Assembly: GCA_963733295.1 (NCBI GenBank) | Contig: CAVTCS010000003.1 | Location: 1 to 64,000 of the forward strand | Length of the DNA: 64,000 nt | Direction of reading: 5' to 3' | Origin: Vulcanimicrobiota bacterium | GTDB lineage: Bacteria > Vulcanimicrobiota > Vulcanimicrobiia > Vulcanimicrobiales > Vulcanimicrobiaceae | In this document: positions 1 to 8,755 of the stretch, piece after piece | How the letters are laid out: each line of letters starts with the position of its first letter | How positions within the stretch are numbered: position 1 is the stretch's first letter | Translations under genes and position numbers: made by a program | Notes under the pieces: generated by a model | The model's input: the letters and a program-made list of their open reading frames with translations, nothing else | Told to the model about the DNA's origin: nothing | The model's database searches: none

Positions 1-20
1 TACCTCACATCTTGTCAGCC

Positions 21-50
21 TTGACGCCCGTACATAATATATTATATACT
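21..50 (+). promoter_or_regulatory. Putative sigma70-type promoter with an overlapping AT palindrome (possible GntR operator)
   Basis: TTGACG (21-26), 18-nt spacer, TATACT (45-50). A perfect palindrome ATAATATATTAT lies at 34-45, upstream of the GntR gene. Confidence 0.45.
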
Positions 51-79
51 ATATCCGGCATGCACGTAGACGAGCCGTC

Positions 80-721
80 GTGTTAGCGACCACATCGATG
101 GGAGACGTACTCCTCGACAGTCTTCGCCGCGAAATCGTTAGCGGGCGATTGAGCCCCGGCGAGTCGCTACGTCAGGACGAAATCGCTAGATCCTTTGGGG
201 TCAGCCACGTTCCCGTTCGTGAAACATTCATCAGGCTCCAAGCAGAGGGTCTCGTCGAGATCCGCCCGCGTCGCGGGGCAATCGTTGCCGCTCTGTCCGC
301 CGCCGAAGTCGAGGATCTCAACGACATGCGCTCCGCGTTGGAATGCTGCGCGCTCAGGATTGCGATTCCTAAAATTGGCGACGCCGATCTGCGCAAAGCT
401 GCCCAGGTACTCGATCGGCTTGATAGGGATCGCAGCCGGTGGGCCGACTTCAACACCGACTTTCATTCCATCCTGTACAAACCGGCAGCACGGCCTCGTC
501 TTCTAGGCGCAATCCTCACGTTGCAGAGAAACGTCGCACGTTACATCCATCGAGAAGTGGAAGTCACAAATAATTTCGCTGAATCACAGCGCCAGCACCG
601 TAAGCTCCTCACGCTCATAAAAGGAGCAAGAGTCGCCGAAGCATGTGCGCTACTGCACGATCACATCGCCGAGCCGGGAAACGTACTCGTTTCCGAACTA
701 CGCAAGGCTGGATACCAGTAA
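80..721 (+). CDS. GntR-family (FCD) transcriptional regulator
   Basis: N-terminal wHTH (LSPGESLRQDEIARSFGVSHVPVRE) and an FCD domain (NTDFH...QHRKL...HDHI). The start may be the ATG at 98. Confidence 0.9.
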   Translation: MLATTSMGDVLLDSLRREIVSGRLSPGESLRQDEIARSFGVSHVPVRETFIRLQAEGLVEIRPRRGAIVAALSAAEVEDLNDMRSALECCALRIAIPKIGDADLRKAAQVLDRLDRDRSRWADFNTDFHSILYKPAARPRLLGAILTLQRNVARYIHREVEVTNNFAESQRQHRKLLTLIKGARVAEACALLHDHIAEPGNVLVSELRKAGYQ

Positions 722-757
722 ACGCTCCTTCGGCGTCCGCGCGCACCCAGAGGAACC

Positions 758-2602
758 ATGCAAAAACTATATATCACCGTCGCGGTATGTGCTTTGACCT
801 GCTGGGCCATGACCGCGATTGCCCAAGCCTCGAACGGCGACTCGGATCTTGCTAGCACAATTCAGCAGACGCGAAAGGCTCTCGGCGCGAGCACCTTGCG
901 GAGCCGAGGCACACTGCAGATAAAAGAAACGGTGACGAGCAACGGACTGAGCGGTATTGGAACCTCTGCAGGCTCCATCGGCGGCATACTTTTTGCCGAG
1001 CGCTTCTCGACTCCGCCGGTCGTATCGGCCGACGGATACGACGGTACCTCGATGTGGAATCAGGATCAAACGGGATTGGTTTGGGTAGACGACAGCGTCG
1101 GCGGAAGGTCTCAAGAGATCGATCAGGCGTACGCATTTAACCAGACGCTGTTTACACCGGGCGCCGGCGGGGCTTCGGTGTCGTGGAGCGGCGCAAGGAG
1201 CGATGGCGGGCACCGTTACGCCGTCGTGATCGTTACCCCGAAGGGCTCGCAACTTCCGATGCAGGTGTGGATAGATATGGCGAGTCATCTGCCGTCGCGC
1301 TACGTTATCGCCTTGGGCCCGATCGTCAATACGGTGACGGTCTCCGACTACCGATCGGTCGACGGCTATATGGTGGCTTACCGCCGAACGCAATCCAGTG
1401 CCGGCAACTCTACCGACGCTGCAGTCTCATCGGCGAAGATCGTCGATTCTGGCAACACAGGCTTAAGCCGGCCCGCCTCGAGCGTGCACGATTTTTCAAT
1501 GAACGCCGGTCGCAGCTCCACGACAGTCCCATTCGAACTCATCAACAATCACGTCGACTTGGAGGTCATGCTCAACGGCAAGGGGCCGTACCGCTTCGCC
1601 TTCGACACGGGAGGCGTCAACGTTATCGATCCCGCCGTGGCGAGCGAGATAGGCGCAAAGGAAGCCGGCGCGGCTCAAATGGGGGGCGTGGGGGCGGCCA
1701 CGCAGTCGATTAGCATCGGTACGGTGGACTCGCTGCAAATCGGCGACGCGCTCCTGCGCAATCAGGTGTTTGCAGTCGCTCCGGTGCGGCAATTGTTTGG
1801 CGTTACGGGAGAGAAGACCGACGGAGTGATCGGCTTCGAAGTTCTCGCGCGCTACGTCACGACGTTCGACTATGCCGGTCACACGATTACGCTGCAGATG
1901 CCGGGAGCGAGTCCGCCTGCCGGCGCCACGGTGATGTCGTTTTATTTCGGCGGTACGCAACCGCAGTTCAAATGTACGATCGACGGCATCGCATCCGATT
2001 GCGCGGTCGATACCGGATCGCACGCCACACTCGACTTGTTTTCGCCTTGGGTCGCAGCTCATCCGCAAGTTCTTCCCTCGACGCACAGCGCCGAGAGCGT
2101 CAACGGGTTCGGCGTCGGCGGCGGGAGCAAGGGTCTTCTAGGACGACTGGAAAGCCTGGGCTTTTCGCAGTTCATGTTGCACGACCTCGTCGCGGGCTAC
2201 TCGACGGATAAAGGGGGCGGTTTCGCACTGCCGTTCGTAGCGGCCAACGTTGGCGGCGGCGTTTGGAAGCGCTTCACCGTCACCTTCGATTACGCCAAAG
2301 AGACAATGGCGCTGCGGCCCAACACGAGCTTTGCAGCGCGTGACGTCTACGAGCGCGCCGGCCTCTTCCTCATTTCGAACGGCGGAAAGATCGTCGTCTT
2401 TGACGTACGCCCCGGCACGCCGGCGGCGGAAGCGGGCATCGTGAAGGGCGACGTGATCGTTGGCTTTGACGGCAAGGCGCCGACGCTGTCGCAGGTCCGC
2501 AAAGCCATTGACGGGCCTGTAGGAACGGTTTTACGTCTGCAGGTTGTATCGAAAGACGGAGCCACAAAAACTGTCGCCGTGACGCTCCGCGACTGGGTGT
2601 AA
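758..2602 (+). CDS. Secreted retropepsin-like aspartyl protease with C-terminal PDZ domain
   Basis: Signal peptide, two DTG motifs (FAFDTGG, AVDTGS) and a PDZ-like tail (VRPGTPAAEAGIVKGDVI). RBS GAGG present. Confidence 0.85.
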   Translation: MQKLYITVAVCALTCWAMTAIAQASNGDSDLASTIQQTRKALGASTLRSRGTLQIKETVTSNGLSGIGTSAGSIGGILFAERFSTPPVVSADGYDGTSMWNQDQTGLVWVDDSVGGRSQEIDQAYAFNQTLFTPGAGGASVSWSGARSDGGHRYAVVIVTPKGSQLPMQVWIDMASHLPSRYVIALGPIVNTVTVSDYRSVDGYMVAYRRTQSSAGNSTDAAVSSAKIVDSGNTGLSRPASSVHDFSMNAGRSSTTVPFELINNHVDLEVMLNGKGPYRFAFDTGGVNVIDPAVASEIGAKEAGAAQMGGVGAATQSISIGTVDSLQIGDALLRNQVFAVAPVRQLFGVTGEKTDGVIGFEVLARYVTTFDYAGHTITLQMPGASPPAGATVMSFYFGGTQPQFKCTIDGIASDCAVDTGSHATLDLFSPWVAAHPQVLPSTHSAESVNGFGVGGGSKGLLGRLESLGFSQFMLHDLVAGYSTDKGGGFALPFVAANVGGGVWKRFTVTFDYAKETMALRPNTSFAARDVYERAGLFLISNGGKIVVFDVRPGTPAAEAGIVKGDVIVGFDGKAPTLSQVRKAIDGPVGTVLRLQVVSKDGATKTVAVTLRDWV

Positions 2603-2717
2603 CGAAGGCGAGCGAAGTCATATAGCTGACCGCGACGAGTTTACGCCTGCGATCGCATAGCTACGCGCGTTTCTTGCAGTCGTTGCGGTAGGCCGTCTTC
2701 AACGACAGCCCGGGGGC

Positions 2718-3180
2718 TTATTTTGATCCCCAAATCATCGCATCGGCGCCAATAGCCAGCGTTCGCGTCGGTGCCGATGCACCTGGCGCAAACACTTCGA
2801 CGCGATAAGATTCTCCGACGTAGACGTTTCCACCACTTCCGATTAGTAGCATCGCTGGCGGCTGGGCCGTCGTTATGGATCGAACGGGAGAGATTGATTT
2901 TGGCTGATAGAAAGAAACTAGCCTTGAATCTTGATTTGCAACCACGAGGTTGCCGCTCGCAGCGAATGCTACGGCTACTGGCGCGGATACTTGCTTGATC
3001 GCGAGAATCTGCCTCTCCCCATCGCGTTGTACGCACGGGCCGAACCTGAACGCCCCGCCGGGCGTCCGGAGTTGGCGACATACAAATTCCCCTGCTTATC
3101 GAAGTCATACCTTCAGGAACGTCTACGCCCCTCGTAATGACGACACTCGGGCTATTCGAGTTCGGCGGATAAACACTAAG
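2718..3180 (-). pseudogene. Decayed NHL/beta-propeller repeat protein
   Basis: Three consecutive minus-strand frames give LSVYPPNSNSPSVVITRGVDVPEGM, FDKQGNLYVANSG and VAFAASGNLVVANQD...NVYVGESYRVEVFAPGASAPTRTL. At least two frameshifts and no clear start. Confidence 0.6.
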
Positions 3181-3746
3181 ATTTTTCCGGTTTCCTACCG
3201 CCGCCCACCCGTCGAGTGCCCTGATGCCTAGGTCCCTTTTGTGGCCGGTGGCGAATGTGCAAAACTAACTGAGACTCGGGATGGGGGTCGAAGGAGATAG
3301 TCATGGCACGGATCCGGCGTCGAGATCGAACACCGCTGCCGAATAGAACGCTTACGATGCGTATTCGGTCAACAACCTCACAGCGAAGAGAGGCGCGGAT
3401 GGTTCCATCGTGGTCCAGTTCGGTGGATGCGACGGAAAAATCCCGAATTGCTTGCCAATCACGCCTGGCTGGAACTACATGGTCCGTTTTTATCGTCCGC
3501 GAGCCGAGATCTTAAACGGTTCCTGGACTTTCCCTCAGGCCGAGCCAACTTAGATTTCACCGCATCGCCGCAACCGCACGTCACCACGCGTTGGAGGCGG
3601 CGGGCTGCGCGTTAGTGCACCGATTCCATCAACGGACCTAGAACTAGGTGGCATTGCCTGGCTAAGAAACCCGAGCACGTATCTAGTCGTGCGAGCAAAG
3701 GGAGAGTAACGTCGGTCTCAACAGCGGAGAAGCTAGCGCCTGTTCC

Positions 3747-3905
3747 TCTAACGAATATCTAACGGATTACGCAAAACTCGTCGGGATTCGAAGGGACTAG
3801 CCGGAACTCAAAAACGCGAAGACCCGTACGGGAAAGGACTTTCGGGTATTCGACGGGAGCGGCCGGGACCCCGATACACGGGTTCGATTCCCGTTGGCGC
3901 TACCA
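3747..3905 (+). mobile_element. att-like site (copy 1): arm-type direct repeats plus tRNA 3' end
   Basis: TCTAACG occurs twice at an 11-bp period (3747, 3758). The sequence ends in a tRNA T-arm/acceptor/CCA fragment and is homologous to 5816-5975. Confidence 0.7.
3876..3905 (+). other. 3' fragment of a tRNA (probably tRNA-Glu), the att core; not a complete tRNA
   Basis: ACACGGGTTCGATTCCCGTTGGCGCTACCA: T stem ACGGG/CCCGT, loop TTCGATT, 7-nt acceptor strand, discriminator A, CCA. No D or anticodon arm upstream. The Glu call rests on resemblance to known tRNA-Glu 3' ends. Confidence 0.75.
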
Positions 3906-4020
3906 GATTGTGCCCGTAACCACGGGTTTTTCCGACCCAGTCGGAGCCGTTTGTGCGCGCTTTGGCCGGAACTGGTGATGGCCGTCTTCACCCACTCTAC
4001 TAGGGCGCTTCGATCGGGCC

Positions 4021-4265
4021 ACCACCGCAGAGCAAGCAGCTCGCCGTGACGCAATCCCGGCCTACGACGACGATGATCGGAGCTCGAGTTCGATACGACG
4101 GGGCCCCATAGCTCCGCGACGCCCGCAGCATCAAGCGCCCGCATTTCTTCGCGCCACACGCGAGGCCGATTTACAGCGTCGACCGGCTTACGTGAAACAA
4201 TCTGAATACGCTTTTGTCCAACGGCAAAGGGTTCGCAGCGTATTGAGGACGTCCGCTACTGTTCG
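4021..4265 (-). pseudogene. Tyrosine integrase remnant
   Basis: Frameshifted fragments TVADVLNTLRTLCRW, VSRKPVDAVNRPRVWREEMRALDAAGVAEL and PIIVVV..GLRHGELLALRW (box I catalytic Arg motif), lying next to the tRNA fragment. Confidence 0.7.
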
Positions 4266-4613
4266 CGGTAACGGCTCTCCCCCCGTTGCAGAGTTGATCG
4301 GGGAGCCGCATGAAACTGGCACCGTCAGGAGCTGCATCTCGCGACATCAATGCGGCCAACACGTTCCTGATCGCCTCGGTCCGTCGAAATCGCTCGGCGA
4401 GGGAATACGCCGTGAGAATAAAGCCAGTCTTAGTATTCCTCTGGACTCTTTCTCTCCAGTCCCGCGTGGTATGATCTTTTTGCGCAGCCGTTGCAATTCG
4501 GTAGAAGTACCAAGGTCGATCGTTGATAGACATTCGCAAGATCAACCTTCTGCGGTGGATCACAAGGAGCGCGATCACGCGGCACGGTACTTGAGTCCAG
4601 ACGGCAGCAGCCG

Positions 4614-5699
4614 ATGAACGTTAGTCGAGAGAGGCACTTGCCAGGTTTGACTGCTCTGACGCTGTTCGACATTGACTGCACTGCACGAACGCGCCGACAG
4701 ACGGACATCGTGACACCCGCGGGCCGTAAGCTCCGTGCAACCGTTGCATTGGCGTCATATTGGCACGTCGCGGCTGAACGGCAGGCGATGCTCTTCCGCC
4801 GGCTACGCGGGGATGCGGTCTTGACACGTGACGCGATCTTACGAAACCATCGGTTTACGAACTCGTTCCGAGCTGCTGACCGCGTCAGCCAATTCTTCAT
4901 TAGCGATGTCGCGGGTGGTCTCGACGAAAACGACGTCGTCTTCAGAACGCTGCTGTTCAAGATCTTCAATCGCATCGAGACGTGGATGCAACTCGAGGCG
5001 AAACTTGGTGAGCCGATACGCTGGCAGACGTTCAAATTCGAGCGTTATGACGAGGCACTGGGAGACTTGCTTGCATCCGGCAAGAGTATTTACTCGAACG
5101 CCTATATGATGCCTAATCCTCCTTTCGGGCGCCGGTTCAAGCACAGCAATCATCTGCAGCTGCTCGAAAGAGTCATCCAGGATGGCTTGCCTAAGCGCAT
5201 TGCAAGTGCGCCGAGTCTTCGAGTCGTCTATGAGCAGCTGAGGGGCATTCCCTCGTTTGGGCCGTTTCTCGCGTTTCAGTACGCGATTGATCTAAACTAC
5301 ACTGATTTGCTCGACTTCAGCGAGTCAGATTTTGTCGTAGCGGGACCTGGAGCACTCGACGGCATCCGTAAGTGCTTCGAGAATACTGGCGGCTACGAGC
5401 CCGCCGACGTCATCCGTATCATGACCGACGCAGCGACGCAGCAATTTGACCAGCTGGAACTTCAATTCACAACGTTGTGGGGACGCGAACTACAGCTCGT
5501 AGATTGCCAGAATATCTTCTGCGAAGTGGACAAGTACTCTCGCATAGCGCACCCACAACTTCGTGGAGAAAGCGGCCGCTCGCGAATTAAGCAGAAATAC
5601 TCCAAGTCAAAAGGCGCGCTGCCTCCTTATAAATTCCCGAATCGCTGGAACGTCGATGCGACCCTTCCGTTTGGAAGCGTCCAACAGCTTGATAACTAA
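4614..5699 (+). CDS. aGPT-Pplase1 / 5-hmdU DNA kinase helical-domain-like protein (DNA base hypermodification family)
   Basis: Motifs YWHVAAERQ, HRFTNSFRAADRVSQ, FRTLLFKIFNRIETW, GPFLAFQYAIDLNY, GPGALDGI and DCQNIFCEVDKYSR. The true start may be downstream (~4710). Confidence 0.75.
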   Translation: MNVSRERHLPGLTALTLFDIDCTARTRRQTDIVTPAGRKLRATVALASYWHVAAERQAMLFRRLRGDAVLTRDAILRNHRFTNSFRAADRVSQFFISDVAGGLDENDVVFRTLLFKIFNRIETWMQLEAKLGEPIRWQTFKFERYDEALGDLLASGKSIYSNAYMMPNPPFGRRFKHSNHLQLLERVIQDGLPKRIASAPSLRVVYEQLRGIPSFGPFLAFQYAIDLNYTDLLDFSESDFVVAGPGALDGIRKCFENTGGYEPADVIRIMTDAATQQFDQLELQFTTLWGRELQLVDCQNIFCEVDKYSRIAHPQLRGESGRSRIKQKYSKSKGALPPYKFPNRWNVDATLPFGSVQQLDN

Positions 5700-5815
5700 C
5701 TTTGCGTATCCGTCATCGAGTATGTCATCGCCCGAGACTCGAGGTCAAATGCGACAATACCGCCGCCGTTTTCGTTGAGTAAACGCCAAATGCGGTACCG
5801 TACCGGGTACTCCCG

Positions 5816-5975
5816 TCCAACGGTCGTCTAACGGATTTGTGGAAAATCCGCCGGGATTCAAGGGGAATCGTGAGGATTCGAAAATGCGAGAAGCCTTACG
5901 GGAACGGAGGTTTCGGCAATCGGCGGGAGGGGCCGGGGCTCCGATTTGAGTGTCCGATGCCCGTTAGCGACGGGA
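5816..5975 (+). repeat. att-like site (copy 2), degenerate direct repeat of 3747-3905
   Basis: TCCAACG and TCTAACG at an 11-bp period. Collinear matches to copy 1 (CGGGATTC, TACGGGAA, CGGGAG-GGCCGGG, CCGAT, CCCGTT). The tRNA-like core is decayed. Confidence 0.7.
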
Positions 5976-6045
5976 ATATCTCCTGACCGGGTCATGTGCA
6001 TCAGCGCCAAGTGTTTCCGTATAGCCGACGAACCCTGTGTGCTAG

Positions 6046-6822
6046 ATGGCCTCGGAGCAAAGTCGGAGTCACGTTCCGTGGCCGGTTGCGGTGTCGTTTC
6101 TCATTCGCCCGTTACCGGACGTCTTTTCGCTGTCTGAAATCTATGCCATCGCGGAGCCATTGCGTGTGGCGTTCCCCAATAATCGTCACGTCGACGCGAA
6201 GATCCGCCAGAGCCTCCAGATCCTCCGCGACCGAGGGGAAATCGCTTTCGAGGGCGCCGGACACTATAGAAAGATCCGTGTCCCAAGGCAGCGTAGCGTT
6301 CGCATCGATTTTACTGAAGCTGCGCACTACGTCAGTGGCTCTCAAATTGCACGAGTCGCGATCGAGGCATGGGTCGGGAGCAATATCGATTGTTGGCGCT
6401 GTGGGTCGTCGCTCTTACTCGTGCCCGCGAACACTCGCCTCATGGACGCCGTCTGCCGTAGCGGTGGACACGAAGTGCAGGTTAAAGCGGTGTCGGGTGT
6501 TGCTGGCAATCGGCTCTCGGCAGCCGCGTTCGGCCCGATGGCTCGACGGCTCGCAGAGCGTGCCTTGCCCGACTACTTGATAGTTTCTTATGATCGATTG
6601 CGGAGCATCGTCGTGTTGGCCGAGTTCGTTGATGGCGAGGCCATCGTTCTCGATCGACTTCGGGCGCGTCAGGCTCTACGCGATGGTGCGCGTCGCGCAG
6701 GATGGATTGGATCGACGATCGACCTAAGCGGGCTTAAGCGTCACGCCGTTGTGGGGCCATCGTTCGAGTTTGAGCGCGTCGAGGTAACCGACAGCCGGCC
6801 GACACCCGAGACGACCGAATAA
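6046..6822 (+). CDS. DpnI-like (Dam-replacing) protein with winged helix N-terminal and nuclease-like domain C-terminal
   Basis: FPNNRHVDAKIRQSLQILRDRGEIAFEGAGHYRK resembles the DpnI C-terminal wH. YVSGSQIARVAIEAWV..CWRCG..MDAVC..EVQVK resembles the DpnI catalytic domain. Confidence 0.75.
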   Translation: MASEQSRSHVPWPVAVSFLIRPLPDVFSLSEIYAIAEPLRVAFPNNRHVDAKIRQSLQILRDRGEIAFEGAGHYRKIRVPRQRSVRIDFTEAAHYVSGSQIARVAIEAWVGSNIDCWRCGSSLLLVPANTRLMDAVCRSGGHEVQVKAVSGVAGNRLSAAAFGPMARRLAERALPDYLIVSYDRLRSIVVLAEFVDGEAIVLDRLRARQALRDGARRAGWIGSTIDLSGLKRHAVVGPSFEFERVEVTDSRPTPETTE

Positions 6823-6824
6823 GA

Positions 6825-7787
6825 GTGCCAGTCGTCCTAAGCCAGCGTACCTGGCACGACGATCCCAAGTATCTTGACCGCGAGGGCGTCATATACCACT
6901 ATCCTCCACAGTACCGCACTCGAGTCAATGCTTACGATCGCTTCATCTACTACCGTCCAGCCACCGGAGCATCACTGGAGCAGAGATCGAGCTATATCGG
7001 CCATGGACTCCTTGGAAACCCGTTTCCGGATCCTCACCGCGAAGGGTTCTGGTTCGTCCCGATTGCGTGGTACGAGCTGTTTCAATCGGTTGTTCCCATG
7101 ATGGTCGGCGGAGTGTGCTACGAAACTGAAGATACGAGTCGTCCGCAGTTCCAAAGCGCTGCTCGATCGATTCGAGAAACCGCATACTTTCGGATCCTAG
7201 CGGCGGGCGGAGTCTCTGCTGGTCGCGAATTCTCGCTGCTGCTCACCACCGAGACTGTGGTGGGCGCCGGCTACACACTGCGGCACGAAGCGCCGAAAGA
7301 TGATCTTCGAGCACTCGCGACGGTGCCTCAAGGTACGGGCTATGTTCCAAAAGGAAACGACTTGCCGAGCATCTACGAGTCCGCGGCATTGCAGGAGCGA
7401 GCTAGGCGCGATCATCAGGCGACTCTTGATCTTATCCGTAGGCAGGTTCAGCGCGCCGGTGGCTCCTGTTGGTACAACAACAACATCGATCTCTTCGCGC
7501 GAGTCGGTGACGGGCGGTTCTTGGTCGAGGCAAAGAGCCTCAATGATCCTCGCGCCGTCGTGGATGCTATGCGTTACGGGATGGGGCAACTCTTTGACTA
7601 CCGCGTTCGTTATCGCGCGGAAATCGAAGGTGCGGCACCGGTGCTCGCCTTTGGTGCCATTCCAGCGCCAGAGGCAAGTTGGGTCGCCAGCATCCTAGAG
7701 GAAAATGGCGTTGGCTGCATCGGAACAACTGGCGAAAAGCTCCTAGCACTTAACGAGAAGGCAGCGCGCCTGCCGTTCTTCAGCTGA
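6825..7787 (+). CDS. Putative EVE/PUA-like domain + PD-(D/E)XK nuclease
   Basis: N-terminal YLDREGVIYHYP..FIYYRP..YIGHG..PDP..VP pattern seen in restriction-nuclease N-termini. C-terminal IDLF..LVEAKS..GQLFDY. Starts 2 nt after the previous stop. Confidence 0.65.
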   Translation: MPVVLSQRTWHDDPKYLDREGVIYHYPPQYRTRVNAYDRFIYYRPATGASLEQRSSYIGHGLLGNPFPDPHREGFWFVPIAWYELFQSVVPMMVGGVCYETEDTSRPQFQSAARSIRETAYFRILAAGGVSAGREFSLLLTTETVVGAGYTLRHEAPKDDLRALATVPQGTGYVPKGNDLPSIYESAALQERARRDHQATLDLIRRQVQRAGGSCWYNNNIDLFARVGDGRFLVEAKSLNDPRAVVDAMRYGMGQLFDYRVRYRAEIEGAAPVLAFGAIPAPEASWVASILEENGVGCIGTTGEKLLALNEKAARLPFFS

Positions 7788-7788
7788 A

Positions 7789-8712
7789 GTGAATAAGTCT
7801 GCTCCGAATTTTCGTGGATTCATCGGCGTTACGGATCGTGAGTGGTTTGAACGTCTTCGCGAGGCTCGGCTCGACGAAGTGAACTTCTGGCAGCCTTCGC
7901 CGACGGGTACGACCGCTGCGCCAGGAACGCCCTGGATCCTCAAGCTCCATTACCCGGAGAACGCCATCGTCGGCTTCGGCTATTTTACCTACTACACTCG
8001 TATGCCAATCGCTGTCGCTTGGGAAGCGTTTGGCGTCGGCAACGGCGTTTCGTCGTACGCTGAGATGATCACGCGAGTTGAAAGATATCGCAAAAACATG
8101 ACAACCGACGCGCAGGAAGTCGGATGTGTGGTGCTCTCGGATCCTGTGTTTCTCGACGAGAACGACTGGATTCCCGCACCCGATGACTGGAAGCCCAACA
8201 TTGTTAAGGGCAAGTTCTATGACCTGTCGGACGGCGTAGGGGGCCTGATCTGGCGGCGTTTGGCTGGGCATACGGCAGTCCCGTCAGTCGCGAGTCCAAT
8301 GGTTGGAACAAATGTCTTCGGAAAACCAACCCTAGTCGTGCCACGCCTCGGCCAAGGCGCTTTCCGGCTTCAAGTGACTGATGCTTACGGCCGTCGCTGC
8401 GCCGTGACTGGCGAGAGGACTCTCCCAATACTTGAAGCCGCGCATATCAAGCCGTTCTCTGAAGTCAAAGCGCACGACGTCCGCAACGGTCTGCTTCTTC
8501 GATCTGATCTGCATCGGCTGTTCGATCTGGGGTACGTGTCAGTTCGACCGGATTTTCGTTTTTCGGTTAGCCGGGCAATTAAAGCAGATTTTGCGAACGG
8601 CCGCGACTATTACGCGTTGGATAACCAAGAAATCCGTTTACCCGAAGACGCGAAGAAGGCGCCCGCTCGCGAGTTCCTTGAATGGCACTACGGTGAGCTC
8701 TTTCGCCGCTAG
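7789..8712 (+). CDS. HNH endonuclease (putative restriction endonuclease)
   Basis: RLGQGAFR..AYGRRCAVTG..LEAAHIKP..NGLLLRSDLHRLFD, with an N-terminal GVTDxxW..EVNFWQPS domain. Starts 1 nt after the previous stop. Confidence 0.85.
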   Translation: MNKSAPNFRGFIGVTDREWFERLREARLDEVNFWQPSPTGTTAAPGTPWILKLHYPENAIVGFGYFTYYTRMPIAVAWEAFGVGNGVSSYAEMITRVERYRKNMTTDAQEVGCVVLSDPVFLDENDWIPAPDDWKPNIVKGKFYDLSDGVGGLIWRRLAGHTAVPSVASPMVGTNVFGKPTLVVPRLGQGAFRLQVTDAYGRRCAVTGERTLPILEAAHIKPFSEVKAHDVRNGLLLRSDLHRLFDLGYVSVRPDFRFSVSRAIKADFANGRDYYALDNQEIRLPEDAKKAPAREFLEWHYGELFRR

Positions 8713-8755
8713 CAGCTAGTATGCAAAGGTTAAGTTACAGAATCTCGGGTAGAGC

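Noticed and set aside
3180..3740. Short ORFs between the propeller remnant and the att site
   Set aside because: No RBS, motif or coding-like composition that I can support.
3830..3905. Complete tRNA gene
   Set aside because: Only the T-arm, 3' acceptor strand and CCA are present. Upstream sequence cannot form the D or anticodon arms or the 5' acceptor strand.
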